DNA from: Raillietiella orientalis
Taxonomy: Eukaryota
Direction: 5' to 3'
DNA length: 64,000 bases
Assembly: GCA_036172245.1 (NCBI GenBank)
Contig: JAYWIR010000035.1
Location: forward strand, 1,116,001 to 1,180,000
In this document: piece by piece, positions 40,726-51,720 of the stretch
How the letters are laid out: every line of letters begins with the position of its first letter
How positions within the stretch are numbered: position 1 is the stretch's first letter
The notes under the pieces: generated by a model
The model's database searches: none
Seen by the model: the letters and a program-made list of their open reading frames with translations, nothing else
What the model was told of the DNA's origin: nothing
Program-made: the position numbers and the translations under genes

Positions 40726-40779
40726 GTAATGATGATCGTCTTCCTGGTTGTAAGCAAGCTTCACGATCCCGTAGGAGCC
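40726..40779 (-). CDS. CAMKK: CaMKK coding exon 2 (Gly-loop)
   Basis: ttcAG|GSYGIVKLAYNQEDDHHY|GTAAG; 54 nt, phase 0-0; completes IGQGSYGIV. Confidence 0.95.
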
Positions 40780-40829
40780 CTGAATACAGAAATATAATGT
40801 AATGTAATGCAGTAATGCAAGCATTGATA

Positions 40830-40870
40830 CATCTCTCTCTCTCCCTCACTCTCTCTCTGTCTGTCTCTCT
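40830..40870. repeat. (TC)n microsatellite next to (TAATG)n, just upstream of the exon 2 acceptor
   Basis: Directly visible. Confidence 0.9.
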
Positions 40871-41859
40871 CGAGAACATGCCTCAAAGTGGATTCTTCCC
40901 CCCGCTTCCCAGAGCGCCCTTGTCTGGGATTCGGCGCGCACGAAGACTCGGCTCGGTCCCGGGACGAAACGCCGAGTAGGAAGCGATGCGGGGAACGTGC
41001 CCGCTGCGAGATCGCCGCCGCGGTGCCGAGGAGACACGAGGCATCACAGTCGAGCCGGCGTCCAAGGAACGACGTGCCGTTCTCTTGCAGCGCGCGCGCC
41101 GCCGGCGGACATCTCGCCACTGCAGAGTTTGCAGTCGAGTTCGCCGCCGGCGGCCGCCTCGGACAGCCTTGCACGCGCGATCGAGTCGGGAGATTACCCC
41201 ATTCGCACCGCCGGGGCGGCCCCGCTTCGAATGGCAAGAAGGAGGGAGTTCCGCAGCCGCTCGAAGGGCACGGTCTGCACCGCCCGGCGCGACTGCCGCG
41301 CCTCTCCTCACCTCAGCTCGCGTTCACCGCTGGCGTCCGCGGAGGACCTTCCACATGAAGACGGGCGGATGCTTCATAGTCTCCGAGAAAATTTCAACGA
41401 TCACGCGGCCGGTGCTTCTAAAAAGGAAGATTCCTTCCTCATTTCCTTGATCGGCAAAGATCTTTAGGAAGCTGCATCTCGTCCCGGATCGGACAGGAGC
41501 CAAAGGTGGCGGCAGCCAGCAAATCCCCGAAGCCAGATTAGCGATACGCGTTCCGGCGCCCGCAATTCGCGCGCATACTTGCGCCTTTCCGCGAACTTTT
41601 GGTGATCGGGGGGGGGGGGAGTGTTTACATTCGCTTTCTCGAGAACCACGCGGATTTTCACGACCCGGAGATTTGTACACATCCACACTTTCAGAGTGGA
41701 TGCGTACAAATTACCAAGTCGTAAAAGTCTCGTTGCCTTTCCCCGGGATCGACGGCAAAACAAATTTCTTGCGGCGTGTGCTCGAAGCTCGGGCGGAAGG
41801 ATGGATCACGCATCGTCCTCTTCAGGCATCGCCGAGGCATCCAGGCCATCAATAAGGAC

Positions 41860-42590
41860 GCTCAAAGGGATGAGGTAAATGGTGAAAGTTGAAGAACAAG
41901 GACTCGGACCTCGAGGAAGCACTCGGAATGAAGGATGGCAAATCTGCGAGCGGCTCTCCTGATTGAATTAAACAACGTATTCGGGGACTCCTATGTACAC
42001 AGTGGATGAATTCAAGACGAATCTCCCTAACAACTCTTTGCCCCTTAACGACGCTGATCCTTCCCTTCGTTGGCAATCAGCGCGTTTCCTCCCAAGGAGC
42101 ACGAGGGAAACAGGGGAAAGCTGCCAGGGCTGTCGATCTCCAAACGTTCCCGTCTCAATCTCGATTCGTCCTCCTGCAGCTGTTTCGCTTTCGTGGTAGC
42201 TGAAATCATCATCACAGTTTTCTTGCTTATGTTATTCTCTTCTCGGTCCACTGGCACAGCCCGCGGAAGAGCTCACAGCGCGGAGTACATGCGCGCTCCG
42301 CGACATGAGATCCTGGAGCAGACCCGGGGCGGCAGCCACGCGGTGTACGTCGAGTGCGGCAGCTATTCCTGCTGGGCGATGGCCCAGGAAGGACGACTTC
42401 CGGAGCTGTTCGGTGGGTTTCCCGGTTCGCTCTTCCTTCCGGACGCCAACGAGGGAGCGTCTCATTCTCCAAGCACTCTGGGTGCCAGGATGCCACGCGG
42501 AAGGCAGTGCAGGAAGGACGTGCAGGAAGAGGAAGCTCTTCCTGCACGCGTGCCCGTCGATACAGACGCCTTCAGATTGAGACATCCGGA
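41860..42590 (-). mobile_element. Decayed RTE RT fragment
   Basis: GVCIDG...F, NISKKTVMM (L.IS.KKT.VM), KGRISV. Confidence 0.33.
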
Positions 42591-43289
42591 CTGAAGGAAG
42601 GTGAGAGAAGGGAACTGATGAAGACGGGAGAGGGTGGGGGAAGAGGGGCCGCAGAAGAGTTCAGAAGAAGGGAGACAGCATGCGCACTGCATGGTTTCGA
42701 CCAGAGGAAGAGCTGCTAGGCTGTCGCTTCGAGGACGGCTCGGTCGTTGCCTTGAGGAGGCGAGTGAGGGCGTTTTCCTGCCAGAGGGCGGGTCCACGTG
42801 GCTCCGCTTCTCGAGGAACTCCCGACTCTGCCCACAGAAAACTACGGCCTCGGTCTACGGGAGGCAAGTGCAGGCAGCAGAAAAGAGTCGTCTATCTTCC
42901 CATGCTAGACACTCTCCACTCTCGGTGCTAGATTTCGATTTCCTTGCAGTTTATGTAGCAACAGCGCTCCTGCAGCCGATTTCGCCGCGAACGCTGGATG
43001 CGTTTCAAGGATGCAGACAGCAACAGCACGACGCACGTTTTTTTTTTCTTTTTTTCCAAACTACGGCAGCCAGAACGCGCGTCCAAACGAAGTCATCCAA
43101 TTACTAAAGAAGAAGAAGAAGAAGACCAACCAGAAGTGGAGGAGAAATCGATCGGCGGAGGATGCAAAATTTCGCTTCGAGGAAGAGGAAAACTATAATT
43201 TTGTTTGGGAACTTCAAGGAAGAAGATCCCTAATTGATTCCAAGGAAACAAGTTGACGGAGAATCAGTCGGGGCGGTCACAAACGATTC

Positions 43290-43750
43290 CATCATAATTG
43301 GGGAAGCGGGCGAGGTTCCTGGCATCAGCTACGGAGCGGAGCGTTCGCTTGATGGCATTCGACGCGAGAGAGAAGTGCATGGTTGACTTGGCGACGGCTG
43401 ACTGCGATTCCAATATCTCGGGGAGCAGAGAGCTCTGCCGTCGATTTGCGACAACGGGTCACGTGCAGCGGCGGTCGCCTGGAGCCACCACATCAGTGCA
43501 GCGGCGGAGGTCTCCCAGGTCCGCGCGACGCTCAAGGATGAGCTGGGGTTGCTCAGGTGGAAGAAGGGCAAGTAGGGAGTGGGCCGGGGCGTGGTTCCAA
43601 GTCCGTCCGCAGTTCTCTCGCGAACCACGCGGGTCATCCCTCGATGACCTCGGCGGAATCCCTGCTCTCTGTGTGAGGTCAGCCCGGTCGCAACAGATGA
43701 AAACAAGAGAGTGGGCGTGGGAAACTTCCATCCCAGGCGTAGAGAGCGCT
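43290..43750 (+). mobile_element. Decayed RTE C-terminal fragment
   Basis: RLMAFDAR...SNIS..ELCRR...RRSRMSWG resembles RL.AFE.R...ISN.EL...RRLRW.GH. Confidence 0.33.
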
Positions 43751-46055
43751 CGATCTATTTCATCGATCCTTCCTCCCCCCCCTTTCCCTTCCTTGCTACA
43801 AAGCCTTTCCCCTCCTCCTCATATGCGACAATCAGATGAAAGAGATGAGAGTCTCGGAAGAGAGAATTCTGACCCCGAGACGGCAGCACGATCCAGTGCC
43901 CGGTTCGTGAAGTCCCAGGAGGAAGATGCCATCCGAAGAATGCCCGACGAGCTGAGAGAGAGGAGAGAGAACGGAGGAGAGAGCAGGGAGGAGGATGGCT
44001 GAGCTCACCGTCGGGCTGGGGGTGCCTGGGGGAACGGGGCTGGGAAGGCGTGGTTCCATGTTTTCCGAAAAAAAAAGACCGGGGACCGAAGAACCAGGAA
44101 GGGCATCAGGTTTCGACTGCGGCCTCCAGGTGGAAGACGCGGGGCCAGCCCGCCGGAGAGCGCTCTGCTGGAGAAGGAAGCGCCCGGAGCACGCAGGGAT
44201 TCCACGTGTCGCCGTCAGCATGGCAAGGGGAGAGCTGCTAAGTGGGAAAGGAAGCGGGAAACACCCTGCCACCGCCAACCTCTACGCTTCCGCAGCTGCG
44301 TAGGTTGCGGCTGGGGAGGCGACTTTCAGCTTCCGAGACCTGTTGCTCTCCCTGATCCTTCGCCCCCCTACCATCCCGTGTCACTGGGGATACCCAAGCT
44401 GAGGAGCTGCCGCCTGACCGAGCTGCTCACCAGCTCTTCCTCCTTGCAGCCGAGGGGAGGAAGGGATGCGAGTCCGGCGCTCCTTTTCCTGCTTCAAGGA
44501 TCCCCGAGGGGTCGACCCTACCTACCCTCTCAAGCTGGCTCTCGCCAGGGAGGCTACGCGTGGCGGAGGGGATTTCCAGCCCATGGGATTAGCTAAAGTT
44601 CGCTGGCCCACGATGCGGGGATCCAGGGGAGTGGGGGGGGCTTACAAAGGGATCACCCTATGGACATCGGGTCAATGCTGGCGGGGGAGGGGAGGAAGCA
44701 AGGGATCACGCCAGAGAATGGCAGAAAGGGTGAGGGAGACGCACGTTCAAGAACAAGATAATGATCCCGGTCACGCCGAGTGAGCCGAGTTCCGCGACCG
44801 TGGGGGTCTCGGAGGACCGGGAAAGAGAGGAGGGGAATAAGATAGCGTCCGGGAAGCACCTAAGGAAGCCGAGGAGGAGCCTTTCTGCGCCCCTTGAGGC
44901 ACGGAGACCGGCGGAGGCGGTCAGGAGGCGCCTCTTTCGCAAGGATTAACCCCTTCCCCCCCCCTCCAATTCCCTTCCCTCTGCTCCTGCCAGCACTCTG
45001 TGGAAGGGCTGCTATGAATGACAGGTAGGAGGGAGAACGGTATGGAAGCAGCACGTGCTCGCGCGACCTCGGGGAATTCAAGTGGGATCCGCCTTGGGTA
45101 GGGGGTAGGGGATGCGAGACTGCGGGCAGCGATCCCGGTGCGCGAAAGGCGTCGGCTGGGACGCGTCTTTCAGGAGCAAGTGAGGTTCCTGGCCGTCGGG
45201 GAAACCCCTCCACTTCCCGAGGCTGAAAGCTCCCCGGGAGGGGGGAGGATCTAAGAGGCGACCGCATCCTGCACCTCCGGAGAGCCCTGAGTACTGCCGG
45301 GGGCTCATCCACAGCTTTCGCTCTCCCTCACCGTCCAGGTCTCTGCCCTTCGAGAGCATCGTTTGGGATTACACTTCTTCTCTCCCCGGTATCCCAGTGG
45401 AGTTGGATCTTGCTAGACCGCCGCCCCGGGGGATAGTCGGAGCGGCTGGTCTCACCGGACCGGGAGTCGCTCAAGGGAAGAGGAAGGAAGCCGAAGCGAA
45501 GGGGAGAAGGCGACGGACCCATCCCTTTCTCGCTCACCAGGCGCCGAAATTTCTCTCATGGGGGGGGAAAAAAAAAAGAAGGAGGGAAAGTTCATCCCTG
45601 AAGCGACGCGTCCTCCTCAGGGGTCACCCGGACAACGGAAAATGAAGAAAATCTTCCCCTTCTCATCCATCCTAACGGCTGGGGAGAGCTCCTTTGCCAT
45701 CCCCTTGGCGCCTCTCCTGAGGGAGAGTGAGGGGTCACGAGGGGGATGAAAACGAGGAGGCAACCCCCGAGGCAGCGCCTTCCTCTGCGCGTTGGATCCT
45801 GAGAACCTTCCTTCCTGCGACGGTCTGCGCCCCCCTGGACGGCTCAGGAGCCGACCGAGGTTTCTTGTCGAGAGGGCGTCCGAGGTGAACGCCACTCCCG
45901 GGAGTCCCTCCGCCCGCAGAATCTGCGGGTGAGATCGCAAAGGGGGAGCCGAAGGTCACCTCTGGCTCTTTCGCTCGCCGGAAATGCGCGTCTTCCAACA
46001 ACACGCCACGCGGTGGGAGGCGGAAGCTGCGCCGGTGCGGCGCGGGCGGTCTCAC

Positions 46056-46559
46056 CTGACCGATCTCCTTCTTCAGTCTGTACTGGTTGAGTCGCAGGTA
46101 CCCCTCGACGCTCGCCCTGCTGCTGAGCTTCATGGGCCTCCTCGAGGCTCTCGGGGACGAGCAGGGAGACCCGTAGGGCGAGAAAGGGTAGTTGGGGTAG
46201 ATGGGGCGTCGGATGCTCCTGCCGGATGTCGGACGCTGCGCCTCCGCTAACGTCGTCCCCGGAGCGGCTACCTCCGCGGGTCCATCTGCGAGCGGGCGGG
46301 GCGACAGAAAGAGGGTAGACGGGGAGGAGGGAGATAGGGAGGGCTCTCCACCTCCGGCCCGACATGAGCGATCCTCCGGCTCCCGTCCCGAGGCCACATC
46401 CAGGCGGCGGAGGCAGAACTGCACCGCCTCCAGTGCATCCGCCTCCGGGGAGGAGGAAGTTGGGGGAGATGGGGGGGAAGGAGACGACGGAGGAGGCTGC
46501 TCTCTGCTGCCGCCGACGTCGGGGCGCAGCGAGAGGTCCATCGCAGGGGGGAGCGTCAT
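46056..46559 (-). CDS. CAMKK: CaMKK coding exon 1 (N-terminal region, SP-rich regulatory segment, start of kinase subdomain I)
   Basis: Translates MTLPPAMDL...PIYPNYPFSPYGSPCSSPRASRRPMKLSSRASVEGYLRLNQYRLKKEIGQ, followed by a GTGAG donor at 46055 (phase 0). A pyrimidine-rich acceptor tctctgtgtctttcAG at 46609-46610 suggests the exon starts at 46608. ATG at 46559 is the first in-frame ATG after it, but the frame is open upstream, so a longer N-terminus is possible. Confidence 0.88.
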
Positions 46560-47127
46560 CGCGGGGCCGTGCCTTTCCCGGCTTCCGGAGTCAGGTCCGG
46601 AACGGCAGCTGAAAGACACAGAGAGAAGGGCGTCGTCAGGGCGGTCACTGATGTCCAGAAGGGGTGTGGGGTGTGGATGGGGAGGGGAGAAGTGCGTGCA
46701 GAGGGAAGTCGGACCGACCTCACGTCTTCCAGAGCGGCGCTGGCCCAGGGAAAGTCCGGCGGACGGGCTGCCAGCCTGTGTCCTCACCCTTCCCGGCGCC
46801 TGCCGTGCCGAGACATGTGGGGTCAGTCGGTCTGCCCGCGCCACCGGTTGCGCGCGCCCTCCTCGCGCGGGCGGCTTCGCCTGCTGCGTTCCCAGGCAAC
46901 GGGGGGGGTGAGGGGAAGAGACCGGCCTCCCTTCCAGCTCGGATCCATTCTGATGGCGAACCAAACTTCTCCCCCTTCCTCCCTTCCCTGCCCCTTTTGC
47001 TCGCCCATGTCGTCCCGTCACCCAGTCCCTGGTCTAGATCCCTCGCAGAGGGGGGTCGTCCGTCGACGCGCTTCCCTCCCTGGGGCAATCCTCGTGGTGA
47101 GGCATGATTGCGAAGCCACTGAGGGGC

Positions 47128-49812
47128 TGCTTCGACCCTGGAGCAAGAAAAAAGGGGAAAGAGACAGCGAGGATAACGAGAGCAACCAGGAGGAGGAGGA
47201 GAACTTGCGAAGAGAGTGGAAACGAGCTCTGAGAACGGGCACACTGACCGGAGAGGAAGCAGCGACCCATTCCAGCAGGGAGCTCCGCCAACCGTCGGGA
47301 CCAGGGGGGGGAAGGGGGAGCCCGACAGGACCCTCCCCAAAGAGTTACCCCCTACTGACACCGAGATCGCCTCTCGATGGACGAAGAAAAGAGGCTCCTG
47401 ACGGAGGCCACGCCCATCCGAACTCATGAACCTCCTTGAGGGTGGTGCCGCTTCTGAGGAACCCATCTGGGAAAAATTTTCAAAGAACTTTTCGAAGAAC
47501 TGAGGCTCTCAAGGAGGCACCTATTCCTCAAACAGGACCTCTGCGGGATGAAGTGCCGAGCGAGGGAAGCGGAACGAAACCGGAAATCCCGGATGCTGCT
47601 GTGCGAGAACGAAAACGACAGTGGGCTCGCCTTTTCGAGAGACTCCGGAGCGGGCTTCCCACGTTCAGTTTCTGGAGAATCCCTAGATGAGCGCTTCAAC
47701 AAGGTGTCGAGTGTGGGGTGGTGATTCTCCAGGAAATAAAAGTGAAAGTGCGTCTGCATCATTAAGTGGTCGGATTTTCGGGATCGACCCGGAAGCCAGG
47801 CCTCAGTGAGGACTTTTAATGGGGTCAAGGAGCGTTTTTGCCCCGTCTTCTATTTTCATCTGAACGAGAAAGCTTTTGACAGTTGCTGTGGCAACCTCGG
47901 CAGGATGATAGATCGATTCTGCGAGGACTATGCGCGCCAGCACAACAGGAGACCCTCGGAACCGTCCGCTTTCGAGAGCCCCGTAAATCTCTATCCGACT
48001 CCTGGAACACCGGGAGGGTCCTCTTGAAGGTTGCTGGCAAACTCGCAGCATCCAGGAGGAAGCGCAAGGATGGAAGCCAAAAGCACGGATCTGGCAAGGG
48101 TGGTTGCAGAAACCGTTGCAGATGGTGGCTCAGGTGCTTGGGGCGCGTCCGGACTGAGGCATCGAGAGCAGTCGGGGTGCGGTTGCTTCAGGGTCGGAAG
48201 TGACCTTGCTCCAGGCAGCAGGGTGCCACCGGACTCGCAGACTGCTCGCCTCGAAGTCAAAAAGGAAGAAATCAGTCTGAAAATCCGACAGGGAGGGTCC
48301 GTCCCTCAGGGTCACGCTCAGATCAGTCATCCCGCTCTCGCTTCCAGTGCCAGAGGTAACGTGAGGACGATGTGTGGGCATGGGAGTCGACCACAGAGTG
48401 GCTTGTGGTCGCATAGGGTTGTTGAAAACAGGGGTTTCCGTGCCTCTGGGCGATGCTCTTCTTCTCTTCGAGGGGATCCTGGTCAAGATGGGAGCCGTAA
48501 CCTACTCCAGGTCGAAACGCAGCGCCGCCTCTCGGACAGGAGACGCGCGTGACCGCCGCGAGCACCTCCGCGCGCGCCGTTCCTCACCACCCGAGCGCCG
48601 GAAAGGGAGAAGCGCGAGGGAATCGGCGCCTCTCCCATCTCGGGGGCGGAGGGAGGCGGCATGGGTCTTGCCTCTGTGAGAGTCCCCGGATACGCAGCCC
48701 CGTGCCGGGGAAGGGATGGAAGGCTTCCCGTGAGCCAGTTCGGGTCGCTGACGCATTCAAAGAAGGAAAGAAGGACCTTCGAGGAACCGGCAGGTGGGCA
48801 CGGCGGTCGCCCGCTCCTGGGTCACGCTCGAACCGGTTCTGGGAGCCCTGGAGTGGCGCCTCCTCCCGTGACGAGTCGCTGTCTTGGGAGGCACCTGTCC
48901 TGCGGCCCCCTCTGAGACCTTGAACGACCTCTTTCCTTCTTCCCCCCGCTAACCTTCCCTCCCGACCCATCTCGATCGAGGTGGGAGCTGAGCGTTCCTG
49001 AATTGGCGAGACGTGCGGGTGTAAGGAAGGAGCCAAGGGGAACCTTGGTCGAAGGATCTCTTCCCTCCGTTCTTCCCGGAACCGAGCGAGTCCCCTGAGT
49101 CCTTGGCGCGCTCGCTCCAGAGGGTGCACTGGGGGGAGAGCGCCTTCCTCGTCGCGTTCCTTGCCCGTCCCCAGATCGGCGGTCGCGTGACAAGGTGCGC
49201 ACAGGAGGTGGAACGAACCCTTTCCTGCGGGGCAGGCAGGCGATGGATGGATGCATCCTCTAAAGCTCCGGGAAGATGCCTGAGGAACAGCAGGGGGGAA
49301 TTGCGGAACTGCTCTCATCGCAGAGAAGGCGTCCTCGGGTGCCAGCGGCAGGCGGGATCACGGCCCTCCCTGCCTTCTCTGTTTATTCCTGAGGTGGGTC
49401 CCTCGAATGCGTGTCTCTTCGAAGGGAAGTTCCTTGGGGGTACTAGTTCTTCGAAAAGTTGGGATTTTTCCCAGATGGGTTCCTCAGAAGCGGCACCACC
49501 CTCAAGGAGGTTCATGAGTTCGGATGGGCGTGGCCTCCGTCAGGAGCCTCTTTTCTTCGTCCATCGAGAGGCGATCTCGGTGTCAGTAGGGGGTAACTCT
49601 TTGGGGAGGGTCCTGTCGGGCTCCCCCTTTCCCCCCCTGATCCCGGCGGTTGGCGGAGCTCCCTGCTGGAATGGGTCGCTGCTTCCTCTCCGGTCAGTGT
49701 GCCCGTTCTCAGAGCTCGTTTCCCCTCTCTTCGCAAGTGCTCCTCCTCCTCCTGGTTGCTCCCGTTATCCTCGCTGTCTCTTTCCCGTTTTTCTCGCTCT
49801 AGAATCGAAGCA
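47128..49812. repeat. ~370 bp near-identical inverted repeat (47128-47501 / 49445-49812) around a ~1.95 kb spacer
   Basis: Direct reverse-complement match; the ORF track gives the same peptide MGSSEAAPPSRRFMSSDGRGLRQEPLFFVHREAISVSVGGNSLGRVLSGSPFPPL on both strands. Confidence 0.95.
47700..48200 (+). mobile_element. Decayed LINE RT fragment inside the inverted-repeat spacer
   Basis: NEKAFDSC (KAFDSV), TPGTPGGS (GVPQGS), VADG (YADD) in order. Confidence 0.45.
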
Positions 49813-50599
49813 TTCGTCCTGTCCCGAGAGTCACTAGGCACGCGAGCCGCACCGTTTTCCCGAAGCCGATAGGAGCTGTTGCGTTGGTGTGGGCATCAGC
49901 CAGCGCAACGACCGGATTCCCGAAGGATGTAACTCCCTGCCTCTGAAAGTTCCCGCGGCGAGCTTCCGGCATATGCTCTACGGCCTCTTGTGGAACTTTT
50001 CACGCGCCACCGGTTCTGCTCTCTCGGAAAATCTGTGGGAACTTTGCAAAGATAAGCTTTTTATTTCCCGCCAAACTTTCAATCGGGACTACTTGCGATT
50101 CCCCTCTTCCCTTCCCCTCCCCCCCAATACAACCAGGAGCACTTTTCGTTTTCCTTTTGGGCCTCTCGTCGCATGCAAATTAGTTTCTTGGCTCCCCGCC
50201 ATCATTCTATTATAACTTTGTTGGCTCCTGCTATTCCCTGTAAGAGGCCCTCCGCGCTCCGTCTTAAAACAAATCCCATCCATCATCTCTTATCGGCCTT
50301 CCGTATTCTTCCAGCACTCGGACGAAACAGCCATTTGCGTTTTCATTCACCAAGTGCGTCGCGCGGGTGGAGATTCTCTGCGAGGATTGCCGGCGGTCAC
50401 ACAAGTTGGTGACGCTCAACAGCCTTTGCATCACCGGTCGGCAACATGAAGGCGGCACCTCCACATCCTTTCCTTCTTATAGGTCACCGGAACATTGTTT
50501 TTCATGTCTGCGTTCTTGCGGGAGGTCCCTTCTTGGCAGTCTACTTCCTCTCAAACGATTTTTTCCTAACAGACCATTGCCATTTCAGCCAGATCCTAC

Positions 50600-51720
50600 A
50601 GTATTTGAGAAACTGTTAGCATGTTCGGCACTCTTGCCAAGAACAGACCTAGGAGGCTGCATTGCCGCGATCGTATCTCCAGCATCTCACAGTCTTCCGA
50701 AGATCTAGGCTGCCTTTACTTGAATCACTTTTGGAGGTTGCAGGGCATTCGGAAAATCGACACATTGCGTTCGGTTGAATTAAGAATATTCCACCCACCC
50801 TCACGGAAGATGGATCGCCGGTCTTTTTGGCGCTGCTTGCATGGATTCTGGTGTTGCGAGGTGCAAGGTCCAAGGTACGCAGAATCACAACTTCGCAAAG
50901 TCGTTCCTTCGGCAGCTGACCGAAACGTCATCTTGGCGGACTATTTTTCCTCGTGAGAAGGGATTCTGTTCGAAAAGCAGATCATCTTTCGAGAGTTGCT
51001 TTTAGCGTGAACCACAGGACGACGAGCCGCGATCAGAGAAAACGCCATCGTGATTTTCGAGTTAGCGAATCAAATACCGGGACAACGCCCCGAGTCTTTC
51101 GGGTGACTCGCATATGACCGCTTTCTTTCGTCTCTGAACCTGCTTAATTGCATCTTCCCTTTTCACGTGCTGCCCAGCAAACACCTGCGTTCGAATCCTT
51201 TCGTGTTGACGATGCACACTGCGCGGTATCGGAATTCTCACAGCTCTTGCTCACCAAATCAAAGCCTGAGGAAGCCAACACGCCCAGCATGGGTGCCGCT
51301 CCAATCATTCAGGGAGTGAACGCATGCATTTATGCAAGCATACGACTTTCGCGTTTCCTACACACCATCCTGCGAGACCCTGAAGGACAAAATCGATCAG
51401 GTGCCGCTGTCTGCTCAGTTCACAAACGAATCCGTTTTCCAAAAACAGCACACACATCCGTCGCCAGGACCACCTGGTTAAGCGGAATTTTTCCACGATT
51501 GTGTTGCAGATTCGTCTTAACGTAGTGTGTGATCCTTCGATAGTGGACTTCCGATAGTCGGGGGATTGTTCTGATTTCATTCTTAACGCACTGAAAGCTA
51601 TGCAAAAAGAAACAGCATCAACAGAGGAGAACACGGAAGACGAATCAGAATTGCGAGGTTCCTTCACGGGAAGCTTCACCCAGTTCAAAATTGAGGGGGC
51701 GTGCAAAAGTGGTCACCGCC
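50600..51720 (-). mobile_element. Decayed CR1/L2/Jockey-type LINE RT
   Basis: ALRMKSEQSPD...W...LSRQRHLI (K..GPD...W...NYRPIS), AVCIVNTKGFE (D..KAFD), QDDVSV (ADD). Confidence 0.45.

Noticed and set aside
46609..47021. N-terminal 137 codons of the 428-aa ORF as coding
   Set aside because: GC-rich and unconserved, with a good acceptor at 46609-46610; more likely open intron sequence. The same applies to the read-through below 46056.
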